The notes under the pieces were generated by a model, which worked only from the letters and a program-made list of their open reading frames with translations, did no database searches and was not told the DNA's origin. From Guillardia theta CCMP2712 (lineage: Eukaryota; Protista; Cryptophyta): DNA of 63,946 nt. The position numbers were made by a program, and so were the translations under genes. Every line of letters starts with the position of its first letter. Position 1 is the first letter of the stretch. Location: positions 722,045 to 785,990 of the forward strand of contig NW_005434653.1 in assembly GCF_000315625.1 (NCBI RefSeq), written 5' to 3'. Shown one piece after another: positions 29,028 to 41,600 of the stretch.

Positions 29028-29966
29028 CAAGTCTAACCAATTCAGGCTGTGCCGGACTGTGCTCTCCGTCGCCGCACTGGCCGCCTGAGCGGCCGCTCGA
29101 ATGGTCGACTCCGAGTCAGTACCGTACCGTTCGGTGCCAGAGTCCTTGCCAGTACGGCGGCCCCGCCCCCGGGGATGATCAACCGTCATTATCAGTGTGA
29201 CTCAGGCTTCGACGGTAAACTTTTCAAATTTCTTCAGCTTTATGAGCCGCCAGGCTCACAAGTTATTTCAGTGAGGGATGCCGGCGCCGGGCTCGGACGG
29301 TCGGACGAGTAGTAGTACCGGCCCGCCGGGCACCCCCGGACCTCTTGACGGCACCGTCCACTGCACTTGAACATACGGCCCTTCCATCCTGGCTCACGTA
29401 CCCCTTGCAGCCCACACCCACCTCTAATTGTCCATACCCCACCCCTAAGGAGTGTATCCCTCTTTCTTATGGTATTTACCCCACCCTTTGTCTTCTTACA
29501 AAGAAGTGACGAGTAATCAGGCGACCTACCACCGGTACTTGAAATCACCCCCACCCCCTATTCCCAACACATGACCACCAGCCTGACATCAGGCTACCCC
29601 CTTCGTCACCCCTCGATGAAAAGTCAAGATCCTGGTCCAGAAGGGGTGGGGTATATGACCCTACCCCCAATTCGTCCCGTATGCATCCAGCGTTCTCCTC
29701 GTTCCCTACCCACCCCTTATTATAAATTGAACCAGGAAAAAGGGGGTACTAAACCCCCGGGTTGCAGCTTCACCACCCCAACTCGATTTTTCACCCCTGA
29801 CTTCCCCTTCCTAACTCTTGAAATACGGGGTGGGGTGATATACCCCCCCTTCCTCGCTACCCTCATCTTTTCAACAACTACCCCCGTAAATAAAGCAAAA
29901 TTTCTTCGCCGAGCGGGGGTGCTCTATGACCCCCACCCCCTCTCTGGTCGACCTGACGGGTTTCTT

Positions 29967-29973
29967 TATATAA
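29967..29973 (+). promoter_or_regulatory. Candidate TATA box (TATATAA) of the LHC gene
   Basis: About 33-39 nt upstream of the ATG at 30006, in an otherwise GC-rich context. Confidence 0.5.
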
Positions 29974-30005
29974 GGGGTGTGCCCTCCTCGTTCCCACACA
30001 CCGCC

Positions 30006-31041
30006 ATGCTCCGATCAACCATCTTGGCTGCCGTCGCTGCCTCCGCTGCCGCCTTTACTGCGCCAGCTGGCTTCCTCAGGCCCTCTGCTCGTAAGGATAC
30101 CCTCCTTCGTTCATTGTGTGTTCATGAGATGCGCGTGCTCGGACCGCTGCAGGGCATGTTGCTTTGACAGAGGGAAAGTTGACTGGTTTTCATATTGCAA
30201 GGGAGATGGTTCTGTTGATTGATAGATCCTCATATCAAGATGCATTTTGATTTCATCACTGTGTATTTTCTCATGCGTTCTGTTTGTTTTCCAAGTTCTA
30301 TCATGCTGTTGTAGTTGGCATGTGACAGTTGGATGGTCTTGTTGTGCGCTCGATGGTAACATGTTTGCATCAGGCGTTGCTGCCAAGAATGGCCCTACCA
30401 TGCAGCTGTACAGGGATGGACAGCTCCAGGGACTTGGCGTGATCGCCATCCCGGGAACTGAGCGCCCCAAGAACTTGGATGGAACCCTCGTTGGAGACGT
30501 CGGCTTTGACCCGCTCGGTGAGTTTGCAGTAGCCCGGTGTATCGCAATGCTGACCAGTCTGACAGGATTCTCTAATTGGCTCAACCTGTATTGGGCCCGC
30601 GAGGCCGAGATCAAGCACGGACGTGTTGCCATGCTTGCCGCGACCGGAATGATCGTGCAGGACTTGTACAAGTTCCCCGGAGTTCAGAAGACCTTCGGTG
30701 ATGCCGCCATGATGAAGCTCCACAACCTCGCCGTTGAGCAGGGAGCCATGCAGCAGCTCCTGCTCTGGTTGGGTCTCCTTGAGATCCTCACCGGCCTCCC
30801 CGCCGTCATCCAGGGCCTTAAGGGCTCCGAGCGCACCCCTGGTGACTTCGGATTCGATCCCCTCGGCTGCGGCCGCAACCCCGAGACTCTCGCTCGCCGC
30901 CAGCTCACTGAGCTCAAGAACGGACGCCTTGCCATGATCGCTGTCGGCGGCATGGTTCACCACTACCTCCTCGTCGGCCGCGGACCCATCGAGTTCATCA
31001 AGAACATCCCCAACTTCAAGAACCCCCTCCCCCCTTTCTAA
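30006..31041 (+). CDS. Chlorophyll a/c-binding light-harvesting complex protein (Lhcr-type), 3 exons: 30006-30090, 30374-30517, 30566-31041
   Basis: Presequence MLRSTILAAVAASAAA|FTAP. Motifs LDGTLVGDVGFDPLG, REAEIKHGRVAMLA, PGDFGFDPLG and ELKNGRLAMIA. In-phase GT-AG introns. Confidence 0.96.
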
Positions 31042-31261
31042 GTCGCTGTAGCAGATTTTTAGGCGTTGATTTATTGAAATAGTCACTCAAAACTGATTTA
31101 ACTTAAGTGCTATGAGTCTTGAGGAGATTCATGTTGCGACGATGATGCCTGTGTTGACGAGGGTTTGGACCAGATGCTTGTGTCGCACGTGAACATACAT
31201 TTACTGCAACTAATCGTTCCAACCCGTTACCTCGAGTGTCGTGTATTCTTACGGCCCTCCC

Positions 31262-34200
31262 TCACCAAAGGCGATATCCCTCGTAGATTACTTGCAGCCT
31301 CGTCCTCTCTATCAGCAAGCTCTCCTCGCTCAACGACGTATCCTTCTCCTCCTTCAATCTCCTCATCGACTGCTGCAACTGGTACCCCTGAGGAAAGGGA
31401 GGCTTGAACCGGTGCAGCCTCCTCCTCTGCTCCTCCACCTCCTCTCCCTGCGCCCGCTCTGGGTCGGTCTCTCGGAGGAGGGCGATGCGGTCGGTGAAGT
31501 TGGCCCGCATGTTGGCGATGAGGAGCGGATCGGCCTCGACATGGATGCGAAGCCTTGTGCGTGCTGAGCCAAGGGAGTTGGCGACAGTGACCTGGAGGGA
31601 GTGAGGTCAGAGAGACAGAGAGGAGGGGAGAGGAGGGAGCGGCAAGGGGAGACAAGGAGGGAGTTGATCTACACATGAGACTGGGGACGACGTGGAGCGA
31701 GTGGAAGGAGGAGGAGCAGATACAGAGACGAAGCAAGTGGAAGGGATGGTCAGGAGAAGAAGTGCAGAGAAGTGCAGAGGGAGAGGGAAGGGAGGGAGCG
31801 AACTGTCCAGGAGGCGTTACCTCGAAGTGCCCGTCTGACTCGACCTTGGGTACCCCGTGAATGGCACCGGAATGAGCATCGAGGAAGAGGCCGTCGCAGA
31901 GGTCAGGGAGTACACGGAACGACAGCTTCTCCTCCTCCTCCATCCAACGCTGCGAGTCCCATCGCTCCCCGTTCACGAGGGGGCAGGGGACGTTGACCTC
32001 CGAGTTGGTCAGGCAGCTGACGGCGTCCTGTTCGTACTTGAGGTCGACGGGGATGTTTGCTGCATGCTTCTTGTCAAAGTGCATGATGGAGAGGATCTTT
32101 TGTGACAGTCCCTCCAGCTCCTTCAGCTTCTCCTCCTCCCCCACTGACGCCAGCAGGAACCTTGCCTCCTGCGCTGCCCCCTGCGCGCTCCACACGTCTC
32201 CCTTCCCCTTGAGGAGGAGGCCACCTCCGTCCCCGCTCTTGTCGTCCCCTCCCTGTTCGATCCTCAGCGACCCCAGCAGCTTCAGCGCCGCGTCGAGCTT
32301 GTTCAGCCCCTTCCTCCTCGTCTCCTCGACTCTCCCTGCTATCAGCTCCTCTACCCTCGCCAGCTTCTGCTCGAACGATCGCGCAAAGGAGGATCGGCAG
32401 AGGACGAGCGCGCGGCCTATGGAGTTGTAAGGGAAGGGGAGTGAGGGCAGACGAGGAGATAGAAGACATTAGGAGAGCATGGCGCATTAATGGCAGGCAA
32501 CACAAGCACGCGAAGCTTTGCGGGAAAGCAGAATAGGGGAAGAGGAAGTGGTAGTGGTGGTGGTGGTGGAGGAGGAGGAGAGGGAGAAGGAGGAGTCTTG
32601 GGTTGGAGACGAGGAGGATGGATAGGCAGCACCTGCCACCTGACGGGCCTGATCAAACATGAAGCATTTGACGGCGCTGTCCACCTGCAAACTCATCTGC
32701 CGGACTTGCTCCTGTCCCATCTCGCAGGAACGGATCATTTGCAGGAAGTCGTCGACCTTGTTCTTGCTCAGAGTTCTCAGCGTAAAGAAAGGAGTCTCTT
32801 CCTCTTCCAGCATCCGCAGCGCTGCTCTGATCCCTTCCTCGTCCCAGAGGCGTTCGGGCCTTCTCCTCCTGCCCTCCTGCTCCTCCTGCTCCTCCTGCCC
32901 TTCCTCCTCCTCACTCTCTCTTGCTTCTTCCTCGTCCACGTCTTCCTCGCCAGAGGAGAAGAGATCCGTGTCATTCCTCCTCGCAGCATCCCATGTGCGC
33001 CTCTCCTCCGCGCTCATCGCTGCCTCCTCCTCTTCCTTGATCGCGTCCTCCCGCATGTACCTCCCGCTGACAGAGAAGTATCGGAAGACCACCTCCTTCT
33101 TCCGCTGCTCTGCCTTGGCTCTCTCCACCCCTCCCACTTGCTCCAGCGTCTCCCAACCTTCCGCTAGGCTCTCTCGAGCAAGCGAGAGGTCACCCTCCAG
33201 CAGGGCAGCAGCAGCGCCGTTGAGAGCCACGAGCGCCTCACGCACAATCCCTTCCTCCATGAGCAAGAGCCGAACTTCTGCCTCCTCTACCTCCCTCCTC
33301 CTCCGGTTGGCCGAGTGGCCAGCGCTCAACTCTGCGTGCGCGCTGACCAGCAGCTCTCTTGCGCTTCCCAGCTCCTTCCTGTCCATCGCCTCTGCTGCTT
33401 CCGCCAGCCGGCGGCCCCCCCGAGCATTTGCCTCCTCCGCCAGCTCGATCGACATTCTTAGAGCCTCTCGCTCATCGTTCAGCAGCGTCTCCTCCCCGAT
33501 CTTCTCTACGATCATCCTGCTCCTCCTCAGCCGCTCCTTCGCCTCCTCGTAGCCCCCGGAGTACAGCTCGGCCCTTCCTTCCTCCAGCAGGACGACAGCA
33601 GCTGCCTTGCTCTGCGCAAACTCCTTGGCTACCAGCGCCTCCATGGCACAGAAGAGCCGGGCGTACATGAGGCGAGCAGGGGAGGAGCCTTTTCTGACCC
33701 TCCTCCAAGTGTCGATGATGATGATGGCAGCGAGGGAGCGGACGCGAAGGGCGACGAGGGCAGGACGGGAGTAGAGGATGTTCGCCTGTAAGATCCTCCT
33801 CCTCGCATCCTTGAGCAAGTCCGCGGCCCTTGACAGCTTTTCTTTGATCATCTCCTCCTGCTCGCTCGTGAGATCCTGGCGAGAAAGCGAGAGAGGGGGG
33901 TTGAAGGAGGAGGGAGGGAGGGAGAGGGAGGAAGGAGGAAGGAGGAGGAAAGAGGCTGGAGGAGGAAGTGGAGGAGGAGGGAGGAGGGAGGAGGGAGGAG
34001 GGAGGAGGGAGGAGGAGGGAGGAAGTGGGGGGAATTGGGAGGAGGAGGAGGAGGAGGAGGAGGATTTGTTGAAAATGTGCTGAGTCACCTCTGCCTTGAC
34101 TATGAACTGATCGGCCATCCATCTCGCTTTCCTCCTTACCTCAATGGTGCTGACCATGAGCCTTCGTAGCTGATCCTGCATCTCCAACATGAAGCTCCGC

Positions 34201-36652
34201 TTCTGCTCCATGCATCAGGAGTGAGTGAATAGCGCCAAGGATAGAGAAGGAGGATAGAGGAGGAGGAGGATAGAGGAGGAGGAGGGAGGGATGGTGGTCG
34301 AGGTAGAGAGCGGGTAGCTGAGCAGGCAGCAGAGGAGGGTAATGGACGAAGAGGAGGATGAGCGGGAGATGGAGAAGAAGCGTCGGTGATGGGAAGGAGA
34401 CAGAGGATGGAGAAGAGACGGGGGAAAAGAGGAGAGGAGGAAGGGGAGGGGATGAGATAAGCGTTGACCTTTTCTAGTGTGAGGACGACGAGATGGTCGG
34501 AGCTGTCAGACTTCTTGGCCTCTTGGAGGAGGGAATAGGACCGGTAGATCATCCTCTGAGTGCTGCGGTGGTCGACGTCGAACTCATCCCTTGCTCGCTC
34601 TGTCTTGCTGCTCTTCTTGATCGACTCAGCGATGAGCTGAAGAACTTCTGCATGTTTCTTCCCCCTCAGCCTGTTCCTCTCCTGTTCCCGGACAAGAGTT
34701 AATTTAATACCCCTGCTCTGCTCTGCTCTGCCGTGCTCTGCTCTGCTCTGCTCTGCTCTTGTCTCCTCTGCTCCTCTCTCGCTTTGTCTTGTCCTCCTCG
34801 CCTCTCCTCTCTCTCCCTTCTCCTCTCCTCACCATGACATAGCCCGTTATCTTCTCCATCTCCGCATGATCCATCTCCCCGCTCGAAGGGAAGTTGACGC
34901 CGATCGGAATACGCGAAGTCCTCCTGTACCAATTTCAATCTTTGGTTCCTCCTCCTGCTCCCTGCTCCCTTCTCCCTGCTCCCTCCTTCCTGCTGCTCTC
35001 CCTCCATTCTGCCCCGTGCACCTACCTCCTGCCTTTATCTCCCCTCTTCCCCTCGTTCTCCCCTCCTCCTCCTCCTCCTCCTCCTCCTCCTCCTCACTTG
35101 TGTGGAGCCATGTCCGAGTACCAATCCTCGGGAAAGGCGACCTGAGCCGAGTCAAGCGCTGAAGGTGAAGGGGAAGGAAGAGAAGGAAGAGGAAGAGGAG
35201 AGGAGAGGAGAGGAGAGGAGAGGAGAGGGAAGAGAAAAAGGATGGGGAGGATGGGAGGAGGAAATTTGACCATCACGACTGCATCGTAGCACTCGTCTTC
35301 TTCTGGATGCATGACCTGAAATGTAACTGTCAGAAGAGAGGTGGGGGGGAGGGGAGGAGAGAAAAAGGGGGCGTGGGGAGGAGGAAGAGGGAGGAGGGAA
35401 AGAGGGGAGGAGGAGGAGGGAGGGGAGGAGGGGAGGGAGGAGGGAGGAGGAGGAGGAGGAGGAANNNNNNNNNNNNNNNNNNNNNNNNNNNNNNNNNNNN
35501 NNNNNNNNNNNNNNNNNNNNNNNNNNNNNNNNNNNNNNNNNNNNNNNNNNNNNNNNNNNNNNNNGTGATGGGAGCAGTTGTGGTATTCGAGATAGGGTGG
35601 GGGAAATGTGAGGATCAAAAGCGACCATCACCACTGCTTAGCAGTGATATTCTTGTGTTGGGAGGAGGACGTGAGAGGTGGAAGAGGGAGGAGGAGTAGG
35701 GTGGAGGAGGGAGGAGGAGGAGGAGGAGGAGGAGGAGGAACTTGGGATCACCTTGCCTGCGCGGAGACCTTGTGCAATGGTGAGGAACTGAGAGAACGTC
35801 AGTCGAAAGAAGAAGAGCGATGAGACAATGACGGAGAGAGGAGGAGGAGGAGAAGAGGAGGAGAGTGAGGGATGGAAGAAGGAAGGAGGATGGAGGAAGA
35901 GGAGGAGGGGAGGAGAAGGAAGGAGGGAGTGAGGAAGGGCTAGGGACCTTAGCAGCACGGGAGAAGGTATTCTCAATGCGAAAGATTTCTCTTCGGCGTT
36001 CACCGACGACTTGGGCGACGTAGTCAGACCATTCAAGGAGATAATCCTGTGAGAACAGTGAGCGAGGGGAGGAAGGGAGGGAGAAGACGGAGGGAGAGGA
36101 GAGGGAGGGAGAGGAAGCGAGGAAGCGAAACGAGGGGAGGAAGGGACGGAGAAGACGGAGGGAGACGAGGAAGGGAGAGGAGTGGGGGGAGAGGAGTGGA
36201 GGGAGGGTGAGGAGCGGGAGCGGGAGAGCAAGGGAGGATATAAACGGACCAGGTGGATCTTTTCTGAACTCCGAGAACGAATCGTTTAGTCTCGATTCTC
36301 GTGGCAGTCACACCCTGAAGTTTTGAAAACAAATTCAATGCTAGTCCTGCAGGAGCAGAAGCAGCAGCAGCAGCAGCTCCTCCTCCTCCTTCGCCTCCTC
36401 CCCTCCTTCCTTTTCATCCTCTGCATCTTCAACGATGATTCCTGCCCCTCCTTCCCTTCTCATTTCCTTCCTGCCCAACCTCTTCCGCTCCTCTTCTGCT
36501 CCCTCCTCTGCTCCCTCCTCCCACTTCTCACCTCCCACAACCAGAAGAACTTGGTGAGTGAGGCAAGGATCCATCCTTGAAGGATCTTCTTTCCGATGCT
36601 TCTGATTCGCTGAATCTCGTCCACCTGCCCCATCATCAGCGATCAGCCCCTG

Positions 36653-36693
<41 letters not shown>

Positions 36694-37206
36694 ATCCTCC
36701 TCCTCCTTCCAAGTGCAACTCTGCGTCCTCTCCACCTTCACCCCCCTCCTTTCCGTCCTCTTCCCTTCCCTGAGATTTCCTTCCCTTCCCCAGCACCCCA
36801 GCTTCTCAGCTTCTCAGCTCCTGCGCTCCCTCCTCCTGCTCACCCTCGCTTGCCATCCATGAAACGCCTCTGCGATCGCCATATTTCTCATCCTCCTCAC
36901 GACGACCCCCATGATCTGAGCGTTGGCAATGGCCCTGGAAGAGCGAAAGTGAGGACGATCAGGTAGAGAACAAGGCAAAGGAGGGAGAGGAAGGGAACGA
37001 GGGCAGGAGAAAGTCTGCGAGTGATGGTGAAGAAAGTAGGAGGCAGTAGGCAGGAGAGAATAGCAAGTAGTAGTAGTAGGAGGAGGAGGAAGAGGACGAA
37101 GGGCGANNNNNNNNNNNNNNNNNNNNNNNNNNNNNNNNNNNNNNNNNNNNNNNNNNNNNNNNNNNNNNNNNNNNNNNNNNNNNNNNNNNNNNNNNNNNNN
37201 NNNNNN

Positions 37207-37237
<31 letters not shown>

Positions 37238-38569
37238 CTCTCCTCCTCCTTTCCCTCCTCCGTCTTCCTCCTCCTTTTCTCTTTCATCCTTCCTCCTTCA
37301 ACCTCCCTTCTCTATCCTCTTCCTCTCTCCTCGCTCCTGCTCAACTTCACCTTCCAGGCTCCATTCAGGTCCTCGTTCGACAAGCTGATTTCAATCTCCT
37401 GCACGGCAATCCATCAGAAGTGACCAAAGAGATAAGAGGAGGAGAGGAGGAGAGGAGAGCAGAGGAGGAGAGGAGGAGAGTCTGTCTTACCAGCAGGTGG
37501 GCTCCTCCGTCAAAGAAAGGTTCTGCTTGTCCAGTGCTAGAAGAGAATGTACACGCCTGTTCCTTCTTGTTACCTGCCACTCGGACTCCCTCCCTATCCT
37601 GCTCCCTCCCTATCCTGCTCCTTCCTCCCCTGCTCCTTCCTTCCTCCTTTCCTCCTCCCTCACCTGCCAGTCGCCTCCTCTGAAGAAGCCGTCGGTACCC
37701 GGCCGGAATGTCTGCCATGGGCTCAGAGCCTCTCCTCCAGCTCCTCCCCAGCTGTACCCTGACACTCGAGGACGTGAAGACATTGAGCTCGACCTGGTCA
37801 AGGAATCAGTGGGCAGGAAGGGAAGGAAAGATGGGAGAGGAGAGGAGGGAGAGGAGGAGGGAGAAGAGGAAGGGAGAGGAATGAGGAGAGAGGAGGGAGA
37901 GAGGAGAGAAGAGAGGAGGAGGAGTAGAGAGGAGGGGATCGAGGAGAGAGGAGAGAAGGGAGGTGGAGGAAGGCAAGGAGGAGTGAGAGCAGTGAGAAGA
38001 AGAGGAGACTTACCAGAAGTGCAGGATCAGCAATGTCGTCTAGAAGCAGAGAAGCATGTCAACAAATCAAGAAAGGAGAAGAAGAGAGGAACAGGAAGCC
38101 CAAAGGAAAAGGGGGAGGAGAAAGAGCAGGAGAGGAGGAGGAGGAGGAGGAGGAGGAGGAGGAGGAGGAGGAGGAGGAGGAGGACGCGANNNNNNNNNNN
38201 NNNNNNNNNNNNNNNNNNNNNNNNNNNNNNNNNNNNNNNNNNNNNNNNNNNNNNNNNNNNNNNNNNNNNNNNNNNNNNNNNNNNNNNNNGGAGGAGGAGG
38301 AGCAGGTGGTGGTGGTGGTGGTGGAGGAGCAGCAGCAGCAGGCGAAGGAACATTCGATCTCAGGTCTCACTTATTTCATCAGGATCTTGCTGATTCTTGT
38401 CGATGCCAGCTTCATAAAGATTCTGCGACAAGAACTGACAAGGAGGAGAGGGAGAATGTGCAATGAAGGAGTGAGAGGAAGAGGAGGGATAACCTCTGCA
38501 TCGCAGGCCGGGTGAAGCATGTCTGAAGATATCAAGTAAAATTGCAGCAAATAAAAAGTTTGATGATGG

Positions 38570-38626
<57 letters not shown>

Positions 38627-41600
38627 GGAGGAGGAGGAGGAGGACCAAAAGGGACGAAGGGAGTGATGAGCGATGAGCGATGAGCGATGAGGGAGGAGTA
38701 GGGGGGAGGAGGGAGGAGGGGAGGAGAGGAAAGGAAGTTCAAAAGCGATAGGACGTTCGAGTCTCACCCGGTTTCTTCTTCTTCACCGCCTTGCTGGAAA
38801 GAGACACCCGGCACTTGAAAACTCCTTCCTCTCCGCAACATATCATCGCTGCGCAGAACAAGTTAACTGCTGCTGCCGCCGCCGCCGCGGCCGCCGCCCC
38901 TCCTCCTCCTCCTTCCTCCTTCCTCCTCGTCCTCGTCCTCGTCCTCCCTCCTCCTCCCTCCTCCTCCTCCTCACGTACCTATCACAGGTCCTCCTCGGAG
39001 GCGATCATCTCTTCCTTGGACGACCCTGACAGCTGCTAGCCCGTCAGACCCCAGCAGGACCCCAGCAGGGCAACGAGCCCCCGGACCTTTCTGCTCGGCA
39101 TGGTGGATGGAGGAGGAGTCGTGGCTGCAGGTCTGACCCCAGGGAGCAAGCACAAAGAGCCGCAGGATCTTCGAGCTCGAGCACGACCAGGTCAAGCTGA
39201 GAATCGCCTGCTGGAGGTCAGCTGGGGTGTGCGAGTGGGAGGGGGCAGGTTGCCTTCTTGGCGGGGATGGGCGGGCAGTGGAGGAGGCGGAAAGAGCAAT
39301 CGTGACCGGGGAGGAGGGAAAACTCTTGTGCCGCTGGTGGAGCATAAGACTGAGCGAGGAGACAGCAAGTCAACTTACTTGAGTTCTTTGAGCCGTAGCG
39401 GGGGGGGAGGAAAGGGTGGAGGAAGTAGGGGATAGGAAACGAGCCAAGAGGGGAAGGGGATGGGAAAGGGGAAGGAGAAAAGGACCAGGGGAGAAGAACA
39501 TGGCACGAGGGAACAGAAGGAGAAGGAGAAGCAGGAGGGGGAGGGGAGGGGGAGGAGGAGGAGGAGCAAGAGGAGGAGGAGCAAGAGGAGGAGGAGGAGG
39601 AGGAGGAGGAGGGAGAGAAGATGAGAAGTATGTCAGCAGATAGGAAGCATAAGAGGTCGGGAGTTACGTCTTGTTCGTCTTGTCTCAGAAGGATCGTGAG
39701 CGGCTGCTGCTGTTGGATCTTCAGCGTGTGATTAAGGGGACAAGCAAAAGCAGACCTTGATGCTTGATCCTGTGAGGGTATGATGGAAGCGACAGGAAGA
39801 AAATGGAGGAAAGGGAGAATCAGAGGAGGAGGAGAAGGAGGAGGAGGAGGAAGAAAGATAGGGTCAGAGAACGAGGAGGACGAGGTGGTGGTGGAGGAGG
39901 AGGAGGAGAAGGGGGGAGGGCGGGAGCGGGGGGGGAGGAAAGGGTGGAGGAAGTAGGGGATAGGAAACGAGCCAAGAGGGGAAGGGGATGGGAAAGAGAG
40001 AGAGAGAGAGATGATGATGATGACAATGATGATGATGACAATGATGACATCATCATCATCATCATCATCGGAGGAGGAGGAGGAGGAGGAATATGCTACC
40101 TGGTTGCTCCTCTCCCGTTTTCTTCGTCGTCCTCTCCAGCACGTGCGATGAAATCGCCATGTCCCTGCCAGCAAAGGCGAAGAGGCCCGGCAGCACCCGA
40201 GCAAGGAACCACCCGCTCCGATCCGTCCTAATCCTGCTTCCCTCCAACACCAGCCTCACCACCTCCCCAGCTGACTTGGACGACAGCCGGTTCGACTTTT
40301 CAAAAGAAGGGAGGGAGGTGGGAAGGCTGCTCCTGTGGCCTCTGAGGTAGATGCTGTCCGGGACGAGGCTGTCGGGGGTGTCGACCTCGATCGGGAGGCT
40401 GACTGACTCCGAGGAGGAGCAGCGAGAGAACGTCCCCCCGTCCTCGTCAGCCTCGTGCAGCAAGTCCCTGGTGGACTCCATCTCCTTGAAGGCGAACACC
40501 CTCCTCTGGACCAGCTGGACTTCCTCCTCCGAGCAACCATGCGGCAGAAACCCTCCTTCTTCCTCCAGCACATTCAGATCAAACACCCTGCCATACAGGC
40601 GAGCGTGCGGGTAGAGCCGGAGGCGGCAGGAAGCAGCCCCAGACACGTTCTTAGCCTGCAGGACATACTCGTGCTGCCAGACAGGCGACAGGCTGGTCAC
40701 CCTCCCGCGGATGCTTCCGTCCTCTGAGTTGAGGTTGAGCCCCAGCGGCAGCGCGGGCTGGATGGTGAAAAGCAGGGGGCGAGAGCCTCGGAGGAACGGG
40801 GGATGAACGTGAATCTCTTCGCTCTTGAGGTAGCCGAGGAGAAAGAGAGGCTGACGGTGGAGCTGAGAACGAGGAAGGTCGTAGACTGGCGTGCTGGGGG
40901 CTTCCTGGACTTCGATTCGGATCTCAGCTGAAGCCTCGCCGACGCTGTTGCGGGCGGTGATGAGGTAGACAGTAGGAGGAGAGGTCTCCTGCGGGGTGCC
41001 AGTGATCAGGCCGGTCCTGCTGTCAAAGAGAAGGCCGGGAGGGAGGGAGGGGACGATGTGGAAGTCGACCTCGCTGCCGCTGAGGGGCATGAACTGAGCG
41101 ATGAAGTGATAGAGGGGCCGGCTGAGGAGCCACCACAGAACTTTGCGGAACTCTCTCCTGGTCTTGAGCCGGAGGACCTTGTGGCGGAGGGAGTGCTGCT
41201 TGCGGCGGGTGAAGACCGGGTTGGGCCGGATCGGAACCCCGAGGGCGTAGGTAATGCACCTGCTGGAGCTCTTGGACTCTCGATCCTCGCTGTTGATCTC
41301 CATCCCCTCCCAGTAGACCACCAGCTGAGGGCAAGCCTGTATGTGGATACTCAGCTCCCCCACTGCCATGCCGGCGTCGTTGGAGACTTCGACCAGGACC
41401 CGGCGGACCTCGGACCGGTAGGCCTTGCCGGAGATCCGGCCCGTCTTGGGGTTGAGCTGGAGGCCGTCGGGGAGGTCGGAGAGCGCGCGGTAGGCGAGGG
41501 GGAGGGTACCGGTGGGCTTCAGGACCGGGTTGTCGGCAGGTAGGCCGATGCCAAGGAACCAGTGGGGGTGGGCGAAGTTGGGAATGCCGGGGGCGATGGG

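Noticed and set aside
30370-31086. 238-aa antisense ORF over the LHC gene
   Set aside because: Mirror-frame artefact of strong codon bias.
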